Shown: positions 39,327-49,966, counted from the first letter of the stretch. The stretch: 64,000 nucleotides of DNA from an uncultured Legionellales bacterium (GCA_913045195.1 CAJWQR010000002.1:13209-77208), one strand, 5' to 3'. Translations and numbers: made by a program. Notes: a model not told the origin generated them from the sequence alone.

Positions 39327-40247
39327 ATGAAGAAGAAGTATCTTAACGTTGCATTTTATAAGTTTGTTCGTCTCTCTAATTACACTTCGTATCAGTCAAA
39401 AATATTAAATTTTTGTATTGAGAGAAATATAAAAGGAACAATATTGCTGGCTGAAGAAGGAATTAATGGAGCGGCTGCAGGCACAAAGAAAAATATTTAT
39501 GAATTACTAAACTTTCTAAAAATAGATAATAAATTTTCTGATATTGGGCATAAAGAATCATACTCAGAAGAGATTCCTTTTCATCGCATGAGGGTGAAAT
39601 TGAAAAAAGAGATTGTGAGTTTAGGGCAACCAAATATAAATCCGTGCGAGCGTTCAGGGATTCGCGTCGACCCCAAAAACTGGAATATTTTATTAGCCGA
39701 CCCAGATGTAGTGCTAGTTGATACACGGAATGACTATGAATATCAAATAGGAACGTTTAAGAATGCGATTTCACCAAAAACTACAAATTTTCGTGAATTT
39801 CCCGCTTTTATTAAAGAAAAGTTAAATACAAAGAAAAATAAAAAGATTGCTATCTTTTGTACAGGCGGTATTCGCTGCGAGAAAGCAAGTTCCTACATGC
39901 TTAGTAAGGGGTTTGAAAATGTGTATCAGTTAAATGGTGGTATTTTAAAATATATAGAGGAAATTGAAACAGATAAAAGTCTTTGGGAAGGTGAGTGCTT
40001 TGTTTTTGATTCTCGAGTGGCGGTAGATTCTGAACTGGCGGAAGGAAACTACGAGCAGTGTTATGCTTGTCGACGACCATTATCAGAACAAGATCTACTA
40101 TCAAACTTATATCAAAAGGGTGTTTCCTGCCCATACTGCATAAATGAGACAAGCGATGCTCAACGTGCCAGTTTTCGTGAACGTCAGCATCAAGTTGAGT
40201 TAGCCGAAAAGCGCAATGAAAAACATATTGGCATTAGAATAAATTAA
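39327..40247 (+). CDS. trhO: Rhodanese-domain tRNA uridine(34) hydroxylase (UPF0176/YceA)
   Basis: 306 aa with a rhodanese domain carrying the active-site CTGGIRCEKAS and a C-terminal Cys-rich tail. Immediately upstream of cmoA-cmoB. Confidence 0.8.
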   Translation: MKKKYLNVAFYKFVRLSNYTSYQSKILNFCIERNIKGTILLAEEGINGAAAGTKKNIYELLNFLKIDNKFSDIGHKESYSEEIPFHRMRVKLKKEIVSLGQPNINPCERSGIRVDPKNWNILLADPDVVLVDTRNDYEYQIGTFKNAISPKTTNFREFPAFIKEKLNTKKNKKIAIFCTGGIRCEKASSYMLSKGFENVYQLNGGILKYIEEIETDKSLWEGECFVFDSRVAVDSELAEGNYEQCYACRRPLSEQDLLSNLYQKGVSCPYCINETSDAQRASFRERQHQVELAEKRNEKHIGIRIN

Positions 40248-40281
40248 TAAGGCTTTTACTAATCGAGCGTTTAAAGCAGTA

Positions 40282-41004
40282 ATGAAAGACACTATATACC
40301 GATCAAATAATATTTCTATCCAGCCATTTGAATTCAATGAAGGAGTTGTGGGTGTTTTTCCGGACATGATAGAGCGTTCTATTCCCGGATATCCTCTTAC
40401 AATTTCTATGATTAGTGTAATGGGCGACAAATTTGTTCAAGCCAATAGTAATATTTATGATCTAGGGTGTTCTCTCGGAGCAGTAAGCTTTGCTATTCAG
40501 CAGACAATTCAGAATAAAAAATGCAGGATCGTAGCTGTTGATAATTCAGAAGCAATGATTAAAAAATGCTGTAAAAATAATGCTCATAAGAAAGAAAGCA
40601 TTGAAATTGATTTTGTTTTGAATGATATATTAAATATAAAAATTATTAATGCGTCAGTTATTGTTATGAATTTTACTTTACAATTTATTCCATTAGAAGA
40701 ACGTAAACGGTTAATAAAAAGAATATACGAAGGATTGTTGCCTGGAGGCGTACTTATTTTGTCGGAAAAAGTTTTTTTTAATGATAAGAATGAAGATGAA
40801 GCAATGATCAAGTTACATCACCATATGAAGGAGTTAAATGGATATGAAAAGCTCGAAATTGCAGGAAAAAGAAAGTCGTTGGAGAATGTGCTAGTTCCTG
40901 AAAAAATTGAATCACATCTTGACCGATTAAAGAAAGCTGGTTTCGAAAATACATTAATTTGGTTAAAATGCTTTAATTTCGTCTCAATGATTGCCTTTAA
41001 ATAA
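40282..41004 (+). CDS. cmoA: Carboxy-S-adenosyl-L-methionine synthase
   Basis: 240 aa, colinear with E. coli CmoA (VFPDMIERS.PGY, YDLGCSLGA, DNS.AMI, NFTLQF). Confidence 0.85.
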   Translation: MKDTIYRSNNISIQPFEFNEGVVGVFPDMIERSIPGYPLTISMISVMGDKFVQANSNIYDLGCSLGAVSFAIQQTIQNKKCRIVAVDNSEAMIKKCCKNNAHKKESIEIDFVLNDILNIKIINASVIVMNFTLQFIPLEERKRLIKRIYEGLLPGGVLILSEKVFFNDKNEDEAMIKLHHHMKELNGYEKLEIAGKRKSLENVLVPEKIESHLDRLKKAGFENTLIWLKCFNFVSMIAFK

Positions 41005-41013
41005 ATTTTTAAC

Positions 41014-41988
41014 TTGATGCAGTACCAGAAGCTATTAGAAAGCCTTAATGAAAATTCGATGGGCAATTGGTCTAACTTACTCAAAAAACAAATCCCCGAT
41101 CTTTTTAAGAACATTAATCATGGTGATTTTTCTAAATGGTTAAATGTTATTCGTAATTTGCCTTTTATTTCTGCTTCTGAAATTCATTTGGATTTAGAGA
41201 GTGTCACTATTGGCAATAAAATTGATTGTAACGATGAAGAGCGTGGGTATATAAAAAGACAATTAAAACGTCTAATGCCCTGGCGGAAAGGACCCTATAA
41301 TTTATTTGGTTTAGTTTTAGATGCTGAATGGCGGTCTAATATGAAGTGGGCACGACTTGAGGGGCAGATTAAACCACTTAAAGATAAATTAGTACTGGAT
41401 ATCGGCTGCGGTAATGGCTACTACTGTTGGCGGATGTTAGGGAAAAAAGCAAAATATGTTGTTGGCATTGATCCATCGCTCTTATTTTATTCTCAATTTA
41501 GGGCAATTAAAAAATATTCACCAAATTGTAATATTGATTTGATACCTTTTGGAATTGAATCATTGCCAGATAAGGACTTGTATTTTGATACTGTCTTTTC
41601 TATGGGCGTCATATACCATCGCCGTGAGCCAATTGAGCATTTAAGGCGATTATCAAAATGCCTTAAATCTGGTGGGGAGATAATTATTGAATCTCTTGTA
41701 ATCGATTCTGATAATCTCGATGCATTGATCCCAAGTACACGTTATGCAAAAATGAATAATGTTTGGTCTATTCCAAGCATCAAATTATTAGTCAAGTGGA
41801 TCACTGATGCCGGTTTTAAAAATACTAAAATTATTGATACAACTCAAACAACAATAAGAGAGCAGCGTGTAACAGAATGGATGCAGTTTGAGTCTCTTGA
41901 GAATTTTTTAAATCAAAGCGATATTAATAAAACAATTGAGGGTTATCCTGCCCCAATACGAGCAATAGTTACTTCCGAAAAACCTTAG
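41014..41988 (+). CDS. cmoB: tRNA U34 carboxymethyltransferase
   Basis: 324 aa with the CmoB-family motifs (MPWRKGP, DIGCGNGYY..RM, GVIYHRR.P). Confidence 0.85.
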   Translation: MMQYQKLLESLNENSMGNWSNLLKKQIPDLFKNINHGDFSKWLNVIRNLPFISASEIHLDLESVTIGNKIDCNDEERGYIKRQLKRLMPWRKGPYNLFGLVLDAEWRSNMKWARLEGQIKPLKDKLVLDIGCGNGYYCWRMLGKKAKYVVGIDPSLLFYSQFRAIKKYSPNCNIDLIPFGIESLPDKDLYFDTVFSMGVIYHRREPIEHLRRLSKCLKSGGEIIIESLVIDSDNLDALIPSTRYAKMNNVWSIPSIKLLVKWITDAGFKNTKIIDTTQTTIREQRVTEWMQFESLENFLNQSDINKTIEGYPAPIRAIVTSEKP

Positions 41989-42008
41989 AATTTTATTTAA
42001 TTTGGAGT

Positions 42009-42902
42009 TTGTTAATGGTATTAAAAAAAATGAAATACGATATTTGTTTTTTGCTTCTATCTGTAGTGTTAATTCATTCGGTTAATGCTGATCCAAGTAG
42101 TCTTCAATTAAATTGGGAGCTTGAGGGCCTAAGTAATCCAGAATCAGTTATCTATGATAAAAAACTTAATCATCTTTACATATCTAATGTTAATGGTTCA
42201 CCGGTTGAAAAAGATGGCAATGGTTTTATTTCGATTATTTCATTAGACGGAAAAATGATTCAAGAAAAATGGGTGATTGGATTGAATGCTCCGAAAGGGC
42301 TTGCGATTTTCGGTCGAACGTTATTCGTATCAGATATTGATGAATTGATTGCTATTGATATTGATAGCGGACGTGTTACTAATAGATTCAAAGTTAGTGA
42401 CGCAAAATTCTTAAATGATGTGGCGGTTAGTAGAAATGGTGATGTTTATGTTTCAGATATGGTGCTTAACAGAATTCATCGTTTAACTGAAGATAATTTT
42501 AGCGTATGGCTAGAAAATGAAAAATTAGAATCGCCTAATGGTTTGCTGGTTATAGGGGACGACATTATTCTTGGTAGTTGGGGTAAGATGACCGATGGAT
42601 TTGCCACTGAAATTCCAGGCCATTTAAAACGAATCTCGATTAAAGATAAAACTATTAAATCTATTGGTGATGGATCTTCAGTTGGAAACCTTGATGGAGT
42701 GGAAATGGATAACGATGGTGATTTCTATGTTACCGACTGGATGAATGGAAAATTACTGCACATAGAATATTCAGGGGAAGTATCAGTTTTATTGGATTTG
42801 CCACAAGGAAGCGCTGATCATGAATTTATTATTGAGAAAAGCCTAATTTTCATACCATTAATGATAGATAACAAACTACTTTCTTATACGGTTCAGCATT
42901 AG
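42009..42902 (+). CDS. Secreted six-bladed beta-propeller protein (SMP-30/gluconolactonase/NHL-like)
   Basis: 297 aa with a signal peptide. Repeated ...GLA/...VSD(I/M) strand motifs suggest a propeller. Family uncertain. Confidence 0.4.
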   Translation: MLMVLKKMKYDICFLLLSVVLIHSVNADPSSLQLNWELEGLSNPESVIYDKKLNHLYISNVNGSPVEKDGNGFISIISLDGKMIQEKWVIGLNAPKGLAIFGRTLFVSDIDELIAIDIDSGRVTNRFKVSDAKFLNDVAVSRNGDVYVSDMVLNRIHRLTEDNFSVWLENEKLESPNGLLVIGDDIILGSWGKMTDGFATEIPGHLKRISIKDKTIKSIGDGSSVGNLDGVEMDNDGDFYVTDWMNGKLLHIEYSGEVSVLLDLPQGSADHEFIIEKSLIFIPLMIDNKLLSYTVQH

Positions 42903-42907
42903 GTTAA

Positions 42908-44038
42908 ATGAAAATTCCATCAACGAATAAAAAAATAATTACATTAATTTTTCTATTTTCTCTTTTTAATTTTGTTTTTGCCGATGAGATTTATAGATCG
43001 GAAAAACATTCATTCTCAATCGAGACAGTAGTTGATGGATTAGAGTACCCGTGGTCAATGGAATTTGCTTCTGACGGAAAAATATTGATTACAGAACGTC
43101 CTGGCAGATTAAGAATCTTTGAGAATGGCGAATTGTCTGCCCCAGTAAAAGGGTTACCTAAAATCAAGAGCGAGGGACAAGGAGGGTTGCTAGATATTGC
43201 ACTCGATGCTGATTTTATCAATAACAAGATTCTTTTTCTTTCGTATACCGCTGGAAATTTTTCAGGAATTGGTACGGAGGTATCTTCAGCAAAATTAGTT
43301 AATAATCAACTGAGAGAACTCAAGCTTTTGTTCAAGGCTTTGCCAAAATCAAGGGGTGGCCGTCACTTTGGCTCACGTCTTTTGTTAACAAATGATAATA
43401 GTCTTTATATAACTTTGGGCGATCGCGGTGAAATGAAACGTGCTCAAAACATCAATGATCATGCAGGTTCGCTAATTCGAATTGGTAAAGACGGCGAAAT
43501 CCCTAACGATAATCCTTTTATTAAACGCTCAGACGCAAAAAAAGAAATCTATACTTATGGGAATCGTAATATTCAAGGTATAGCTTTAAATCCAGCGACA
43601 CATGATATTTGGACGGTTGAGCATGGCCCGCAAGGCGGAGATGAGCTTAATTTAATGAAGTCTGGCACTAATTATGGTTGGCCGGTTATCACTTATGGTG
43701 TTAATTATGGCACTGGCACCCAGATTGGCGAAGGAACTCATAAGGACGGAATGGTTCAACCTGTTTATTATTGGATACCTTCAATTGCGACATCAAGCCT
43801 ACTATTTTATAGCGGTAAAAAATTTCCCAACTGGAAGGAGAATATTTTTGTTAGTTCTTTAAAATTTGGCCAACTAGCCAGACTTGTAATGACTGACAAT
43901 ATTGTAATGATAGAGGAAAGACTGATAAATGGCGCTTTTGGCCGAATCAGAGAGATAAAAGAGGGGCCTGATGGGCTACTTTATATTCTTATAGACGACG
44001 CAAACGGTAAAATACTAAAACTTAAACCTGTTGAATAA
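42908..44038 (+). CDS. PQQ-dependent soluble sugar (glucose/sorbosone) dehydrogenase
   Basis: 376 aa with a signal peptide and the sGDH-family motifs (GLEYPWSMEF, HFGSRL, EHGPQGGDELN, NYGWPVITYG). Confidence 0.8.
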   Translation: MKIPSTNKKIITLIFLFSLFNFVFADEIYRSEKHSFSIETVVDGLEYPWSMEFASDGKILITERPGRLRIFENGELSAPVKGLPKIKSEGQGGLLDIALDADFINNKILFLSYTAGNFSGIGTEVSSAKLVNNQLRELKLLFKALPKSRGGRHFGSRLLLTNDNSLYITLGDRGEMKRAQNINDHAGSLIRIGKDGEIPNDNPFIKRSDAKKEIYTYGNRNIQGIALNPATHDIWTVEHGPQGGDELNLMKSGTNYGWPVITYGVNYGTGTQIGEGTHKDGMVQPVYYWIPSIATSSLLFYSGKKFPNWKENIFVSSLKFGQLARLVMTDNIVMIEERLINGAFGRIREIKEGPDGLLYILIDDANGKILKLKPVE

Positions 44039-44128
44039 ATAAAGTTATTCAATATTAATTATTTACATTAGATATTTAATTTAAGTATTTGATTATAATA
44101 GAATATATCTAGTTCGCTTTTTAGAATA

Positions 44129-45259
44129 TCAATGCCAGGCATATTGCCAGCCAATCGTTACAACGTAATCATTTTCCATTTGCGGACCATTTAGGTCCTG
44201 ATGTATTGGGATAGCTGCTTCAAGAGCAAGTCGATGCCCTTGAAAGATACCTGTTTGCCCCGCTAAATTTAATCCTAAATAGAGATTTACCGTATTTCCT
44301 CCATAATTATTTGGATCTGCAGTTTGAACGGGAAGGGAAATTCTCTCATCTATGCCATCTATTCTATCTTCGTGCTTATAAGCTGCTCTTGCAGATACAC
44401 TAATTGCGGGGCGTGGTTGATAGCTTAACCATGAGGTAACTTCATGGATATCACCTAAGCTATACCCTTTGTGATCATTAACCCGAAGTATACTCATATA
44501 TTGCCCGCCCCAACTCACCTTATCTAGTTTTCCGGTATAGGTAACCCCTGGTAGTAGATCGAAAGTGCCAGAACCTAATTGCATACTATAAGGTAAAATG
44601 ACGTTTGATCTTGCGCCAGCGGGCGTAAGAATAGTATCTCTTTTATTGGTGTCGCCAGTAGGTAGACTTACGCCTGCATTAATATGTATTTTATGCGTAT
44701 TATTTTTTGATAACCGAAACATGCCAGCGATCTTTGTATCTCCCATACCGCTTGATGTTGTTGTAAATATACCTCTTCTAGTAGTACCCGTGCCGCCTTG
44801 AAAGGTTATATGATCCATGGATTTTTCCATATACATACCCATAAACATTAGCGTCAACCAATCAGTAGGCGCATACATTGTTCCAAGCATATGCATATTC
44901 ATTGTCATTTTAGTCGGAACAACGCGTAATGTTGCTGGCGGTGAAAATCGATTTGCAATATTTGTAACGATAAATTCTGGCGATACTTTAGTTGTTCCGA
45001 TTCGATTGCCTTCCATACTCATATGCTGAAAACGATAAGATGCCATCCATCCGCCTTGGCTATGCATATGTTCACCCATTACACCAATAGGCGCATGAGC
45101 ACTCGCATTGATTCGTTTCAATTTACCGTTTTCTAGATTAAGACTAATATTATTATGATTCTCATCGGCAAAAACATTAGCCCAGAGCAATAATAATGCG
45201 AATGTATAGATAAATTTTTTATTATTTAAAAACATATAATTTCCCAAAAATAAAAACAC
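44129..45259 (-). CDS. Outer-membrane beta-barrel protein with Met/His-rich N-terminal region (MetA-pathway/'transporter' OMP family-like)
   Basis: 376 aa with a signal peptide. Alternating amphipathic beta strands end in the C-terminal aromatic ...GWQYAWH. There are clusters of HM/MxM (GEHMHSQGGWM, KMTMNMHMLGTMY, MFMGMYMEKSMDH) and GDT motifs. Confidence 0.5.
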   Translation of the reverse strand: MFLFLGNYMFLNNKKFIYTFALLLLWANVFADENHNNISLNLENGKLKRINASAHAPIGVMGEHMHSQGGWMASYRFQHMSMEGNRIGTTKVSPEFIVTNIANRFSPPATLRVVPTKMTMNMHMLGTMYAPTDWLTLMFMGMYMEKSMDHITFQGGTGTTRRGIFTTTSSGMGDTKIAGMFRLSKNNTHKIHINAGVSLPTGDTNKRDTILTPAGARSNVILPYSMQLGSGTFDLLPGVTYTGKLDKVSWGGQYMSILRVNDHKGYSLGDIHEVTSWLSYQPRPAISVSARAAYKHEDRIDGIDERISLPVQTADPNNYGGNTVNLYLGLNLAGQTGIFQGHRLALEAAIPIHQDLNGPQMENDYVVTIGWQYAWH

Positions 45260-45314
45260 AAATAGATCAAATCAGCAGATTTTGATCTGAATTAAGAATG
45301 TAAAAAATGTGAAA

Positions 45315-45716
45315 TTAAATTAGGGTAGGGGGTGCGCGTGCATACTGCGATGCATGCATAAAAGAGGTATCGAATGAACCTTTATATAAAATCAATTCAC
45401 CATCTGAAAATTGATTCTTATAATCTAGAACAAATTGCTCAATAACAAGAGACGTGCTGCTTGATGTCCATAAGTTGCAATTTGTTTGTTTTTTATGGTC
45501 GCTAGATACAGGTTCGTTAAGTTTATTAGGTTTTTCAAGGCCCGGTAATTGATTGATATTGTTCGGGCCATGACATAGCGTAACTGCAAACAAATTACCA
45601 TTTGTAGTTTTTGTATTAAGCATAAAACCAGGCGCGACAAAAGATCGCGCTAGCATGCCCAACGCAATAATACAAACGTATAGGTACTGTTTATGGAGTT
45701 GACGAAAATAATTCAT
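45315..45716 (-). CDS. Hypothetical secreted protein
   Basis: 133 aa with a signal/TM segment and two Cys. No family recognised. Confidence 0.3.
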   Translation of the reverse strand: MNYFRQLHKQYLYVCIIALGMLARSFVAPGFMLNTKTTNGNLFAVTLCHGPNNINQLPGLEKPNKLNEPVSSDHKKQTNCNLWTSSSTSLVIEQFVLDYKNQFSDGELILYKGSFDTSFMHASQYARAPPTLI

Positions 45717-45737
45717 ATGAGCCCTAATAATGTCTAT

Positions 45738-46985
45738 TTATTTTAGTGTTGAATTTATAATTAATTTAGTTGTATTTCTTGAAGTTGTTGAAACTGCATC
45801 AACCACACCTATTATATCTCCTTTTTCAGATTTAGCATTACCACTTTTAGAGATTCTTGCCGAAACTTGAACAGACTTATAATCAGACAGCTTATTAGAT
45901 GGAAGCATAGACATTGAATCATCCATTTCCACCAATAATGGTAGGTCAGCGACTATTTTACGCAAAACAATAATTGGCATGTTGTTTGAGCCATGCATCG
46001 GTTTCGCATAGATAAATATTACATTATTTTTATCTATATCAGTAAAATTAGGTGATAATTCAATACTTAATTTAAGTGAGTATTCAGTTTCTTCTTGCGT
46101 AATCGAATTATTGTTTTGAATTGAAATATTATTATTTTCTTTAGCAAATTGTATATATTTTCTTATATTTTTTTCTTCCTCGGATCCTATTTCTAATTTA
46201 GGCAGCACATTTTGCCAATAATTAATGGCCTTATTTATTTTGCCCTCTTCGTAAGCCACTAGACCGGCTAGCCAAAGGCCCATTGTATTTTGAGGATCTA
46301 ACTGTAGTGCTTTTTTGATTAGTTCAGAGGGCTTACCAGCAAAAATTCCAGAATTTGCCATGGCTAAAACATCTGCATATCGAAATAAAAGTAACGGATC
46401 ATCGCCTTTTAGACGGTATAGATTGTCAAACGCCCTAATTGCTTCAGGATAGCGTTTGAGTACAACATAAGAATTAGCCAACATTAACCAATCATCGCTA
46501 TTATTCGGATCATCAAGCAATCGTTTTTCAACACGGTTTAGCATTTGCTTCACAGAAACTAGTTTTTCGTTATTGTTTTTTGTATTTTTTAAGTCTGAAA
46601 CTAGGACTAATTTTTCTATTGAATTAGGATGACCAATAAAACTGTATACAGATATAACAAAAACAGGAATAACCAATACAAGAATTACCGAAATAGTTTT
46701 TTTTGATTTTAGATTTGAGAAGTATAGTTTTGAGTTTAGTATATCTATATTTTTATTATCCTTAATTAATGAATGTTCTAATTCCTTGGTAGTATTGTTG
46801 GCTTCATTTTCTGTAATTAAGTGATTTTCAATATCGAAATTAATCTCATTTAACTTTTGATTATAGATGTCCATACTATTTTGATTAGAATTTATTCCCT
46901 CATTATTTTTTTTCAACAATGTTTTTATTATCACAATAATAGATATTAGCAATAAAGATGATGCTGATAGTAAGAATAAAGTCAT
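45738..46985 (-). CDS. ccmI: Cytochrome c-type biogenesis protein CcmI (TPR-containing)
   Basis: 415 aa. N-terminal TM segments and C-terminal TPR-like repeats. Terminal position in the ccm operon. Confidence 0.6.
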   Translation of the reverse strand: MTLFLLSASSLLLISIIVIIKTLLKKNNEGINSNQNSMDIYNQKLNEINFDIENHLITENEANNTTKELEHSLIKDNKNIDILNSKLYFSNLKSKKTISVILVLVIPVFVISVYSFIGHPNSIEKLVLVSDLKNTKNNNEKLVSVKQMLNRVEKRLLDDPNNSDDWLMLANSYVVLKRYPEAIRAFDNLYRLKGDDPLLLFRYADVLAMANSGIFAGKPSELIKKALQLDPQNTMGLWLAGLVAYEEGKINKAINYWQNVLPKLEIGSEEEKNIRKYIQFAKENNNISIQNNNSITQEETEYSLKLSIELSPNFTDIDKNNVIFIYAKPMHGSNNMPIIVLRKIVADLPLLVEMDDSMSMLPSNKLSDYKSVQVSARISKSGNAKSEKGDIIGVVDAVSTTSRNTTKLIINSTLK

Positions 46986-47037
46986 TAGTTTTTTTTATAT
47001 TTATTTATAATTATTTGAAATAATTTTGTCTTAGTGA

Positions 47038-47454
47038 TTAATTATCAATAGTATTATTTTGAGATTGTTTTTTTATAAAAATGATTGCTGTGGTTATGGC
47101 TATTATTAAAAATAGAAAAGGGCCAAACCAGAGCAACCAAGTATTATCATTTAAGGGGGGGCGATACAGAACAAAGTCACCATATCGCTCTACTAGGAAT
47201 TCTGTAATCTGATTATTACTCTTTTCTGATTTAATCATTTTAAAAATTTCATTCCTTAAATCTTGGGCTAGCGGAGCATTAGAATCAGCAAGCGATTGGT
47301 TTTGACAAACTAAACATCTAATTTCTTCAATTAGTAAATAGTAGCGTTGTTCCTGATTTTTATCGGTAAAATATACAGGCTCATCATTTGGATAACTTTT
47401 ATGTGTAGTGAGTATGACTAAAGCGAACACTATAGATTGATATAATATTTTCAT
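47038..47454 (-). CDS. ccmH: Cytochrome c-type biogenesis protein CcmH
   Basis: 138 aa with a signal peptide, the LRCLVCQNQS CxxC motif and a C-terminal TM. Confidence 0.8.
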   Translation of the reverse strand: MKILYQSIVFALVILTTHKSYPNDEPVYFTDKNQEQRYYLLIEEIRCLVCQNQSLADSNAPLAQDLRNEIFKMIKSEKSNNQITEFLVERYGDFVLYRPPLNDNTWLLWFGPFLFLIIAITTAIIFIKKQSQNNTIDN

Positions 47455-47456
47455 AA

Positions 47457-47987
47457 TTATTTTTCTTGTTCTAATTCTTTTATGAGCGGCATAATAATAT
47501 CATCAAGCTGCCTTTTATCAATTGGGCCAATATGTTTGTAGCGAATAACCCCTTTTTTATCAAGAAGGAATGTTTCTGGCACACCATAAACACCATAATC
47601 TATACCAGTATTTCCATACTCATCGTATGCGCTTTCTATATATGGATTTCCTAAGTTCTCAAGCCATATAAGCGCATTAGTTCTTTTATCTTTATAGTTA
47701 AGCCCATACAGAGTTAGGTGATATTTTTTTACTGCTTCATTAAGTACGGAGTGCTCAAGCCGGCATGCTATACACCAGGAAGCCCATACATTTATTAGCG
47801 ATACTGTGCCTTTGATATCATTTATACTAATATTAGATTCTGGGTTATGAAGGGTCGGCAGAGTAAATTTAGGAGCTATTTTATTTATTAGTGGTGAGGG
47901 AACATATCTCGGATCATTTTGTAGTCCATAAATAAATAGTACTGTGAGTCCAATAAAAATTGTAAGCGGAAATAGATAACGGATCAT
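47457..47987 (-). CDS. ccmG: Thiol:disulfide interchange protein DsbE/CcmG
   Basis: 176 aa with an N-terminal anchor and a thioredoxin fold carrying WASWCIACR. Confidence 0.85.
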   Translation of the reverse strand: MIRYLFPLTIFIGLTVLFIYGLQNDPRYVPSPLINKIAPKFTLPTLHNPESNISINDIKGTVSLINVWASWCIACRLEHSVLNEAVKKYHLTLYGLNYKDKRTNALIWLENLGNPYIESAYDEYGNTGIDYGVYGVPETFLLDKKGVIRYKHIGPIDKRQLDDIIMPLIKELEQEK

Positions 47988-47992
47988 TTAAT

Positions 47993-49966
47993 TTATGGGA
48001 TAGCTTCATTATTGATAGTAATTATTTTCTTTTTTAATATTCTTAGGCGATAACGCTTATCTAAAACAGCTAACAAACCTCCAATTGCCATTAATATTGC
48101 ACCAAGCCATATCCAGCGCACAAAGGGTTTGTGGTAAAGTCTCACGCTCCAAGATTCATTATCTAGCGGCTCACCTAAAGCCATATAAATATCTCTAGTA
48201 AATCCCGCGTCTATTCCTGCTTCCGTCATAGGCATGTTACGAACAGTATAGGTTCTTTTTTGCGAGCGAAGCGTTGTAATAAGACTTTCGTTTTTTATTA
48301 CATCAACGATTGCTTCAGTTGCTTCATAGTTTGGTCCCGATACTGCCTTTAAGTCTTTAAGATGAAATTGGTAATTAGAGAATTCAATAACATCACCAAT
48401 TTTCATACGTTGATGAATATCGACACTATGTTGACTCGTTATAGTTATTCCCACAATACAAACCGCAAAACCTATATGAGCAACTAACATTCCATAGAAA
48501 CTACGGGAAATAATTCGCATTGCTGCGAGTTTATTTTTTTTATTTTTTATCTTAACGAATAATGAATAAAGACTAGTAGTACTTATCCATAAGGCAGCAA
48601 CGATTCCCGCAATGCTTTTTAATTGATTATTCTCAAAGAATATTAATCCTATACTGATACCAATGAATAAACTTGCAATTAATAAATTACGTAATTGTTT
48701 TAGTAATAATGAAAAGTCGTCTTGTTTCCATTTTGTAAGAACTCCCAACCCAAGGAATATTATGAGTGGGGCCATTATTGGAACAAATACCGCATTAAAG
48801 TAGGGGGCACCTACAGATAATTTACCAAGATTAAGTGCTTCTATAATCAAAGGATAAATAGTTCCAAGCAGTACTGTTAACATTGCCACTAGAAATAAAA
48901 TACTATTAAATAGCAGAAATGTTTCACGAGATAATAATTTGAACTTGCCTCCGCTTTTGGTTGATGGCGCACGAAATGCATAAAGCACTAGTGAACCACC
49001 AACAAAGATTGCTAATAAGGCAAGAATAAAAATTCCACGTGTTGGATCTGTCGCAAATGCATGAACTGAAGTTATCACACCTGAACGCACCAAGAACGTG
49101 CCTAATAAACTAAGCGCAAATGCACAAATAGCGAGAAGAATCGTCCAATTTTTAAAAATTTCTCTTTTGTCTGTTGCGGCAAGCGAATGAATTAATGCGG
49201 TTCCAATTAGCCAGGGCATAAACGATGCATTTTCAACAGGGTCCCAAAACCACCAACCACCCCAACCTAATTCATAGTAAGCCCACCAACTACCTAGTGC
49301 GATCCCTATTGTTAGGAATATCCAGGCAAGTAATGTCCATGGCCGAGACCATCTAGCCCAGGTTGTATCTAAATTACCCCCCAATAAAGCAGCTATAGCA
49401 AAGCCAAAGGCCACAGAAAACCCCACATACCCCATATATAATATTGGCGGGTGAATAATCAATCCGGGGTCTTGTAATAGTGGATTTAAATCTGCACCAT
49501 CTAATGGAATAGGGAAGATGCGCTCAAAGGGATTAGAAGTGAATAGCATAAAAAGTAGAAAACCAATACTTACCAATCCCATCACCCCAATAACACGAGA
49601 TAAAAAATATTCAGGTAAGCGATGACTAAAATAAGTCACAGCTATTGTCCAAATACTCAAAATTAATATCCATAATAATAAAGAGCCTTCATGTGCGCCC
49701 CACACAGCTGAAAATCGATATATCCAGGGAAGGAGTGTATTTGAGTTATTAGCGACATAAGATATAGAAAAATCATTAATTAGAAATGAATAAACTAAAA
49801 TTCCAAAAGAAATAGACACAAATAGAAATTGTAGACGTGCCGCAGGCCGGGCTAACGACATGTATGTTAGATTTCCCATGGCTGCACCCATAATTGGAAA
49901 GGTACTTTGTATGATTGCCATCGCCAAAGCTAAAACTAATGAGAAGTGTCCTAATTCTGCTATCAT
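47993..49966 (-). CDS. ccmF: Cytochrome c-type biogenesis protein CcmF (haem lyase)
   Basis: 657 aa polytopic membrane protein with a WGGWWFWDPVEN Trp-rich motif. Confidence 0.9.
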   Translation of the reverse strand: MIAELGHFSLVLALAMAIIQSTFPIMGAAMGNLTYMSLARPAARLQFLFVSISFGILVYSFLINDFSISYVANNSNTLLPWIYRFSAVWGAHEGSLLLWILILSIWTIAVTYFSHRLPEYFLSRVIGVMGLVSIGFLLFMLFTSNPFERIFPIPLDGADLNPLLQDPGLIIHPPILYMGYVGFSVAFGFAIAALLGGNLDTTWARWSRPWTLLAWIFLTIGIALGSWWAYYELGWGGWWFWDPVENASFMPWLIGTALIHSLAATDKREIFKNWTILLAICAFALSLLGTFLVRSGVITSVHAFATDPTRGIFILALLAIFVGGSLVLYAFRAPSTKSGGKFKLLSRETFLLFNSILFLVAMLTVLLGTIYPLIIEALNLGKLSVGAPYFNAVFVPIMAPLIIFLGLGVLTKWKQDDFSLLLKQLRNLLIASLFIGISIGLIFFENNQLKSIAGIVAALWISTTSLYSLFVKIKNKKNKLAAMRIISRSFYGMLVAHIGFAVCIVGITITSQHSVDIHQRMKIGDVIEFSNYQFHLKDLKAVSGPNYEATEAIVDVIKNESLITTLRSQKRTYTVRNMPMTEAGIDAGFTRDIYMALGEPLDNESWSVRLYHKPFVRWIWLGAILMAIGGLLAVLDKRYRLRILKKKIITINNEAIP

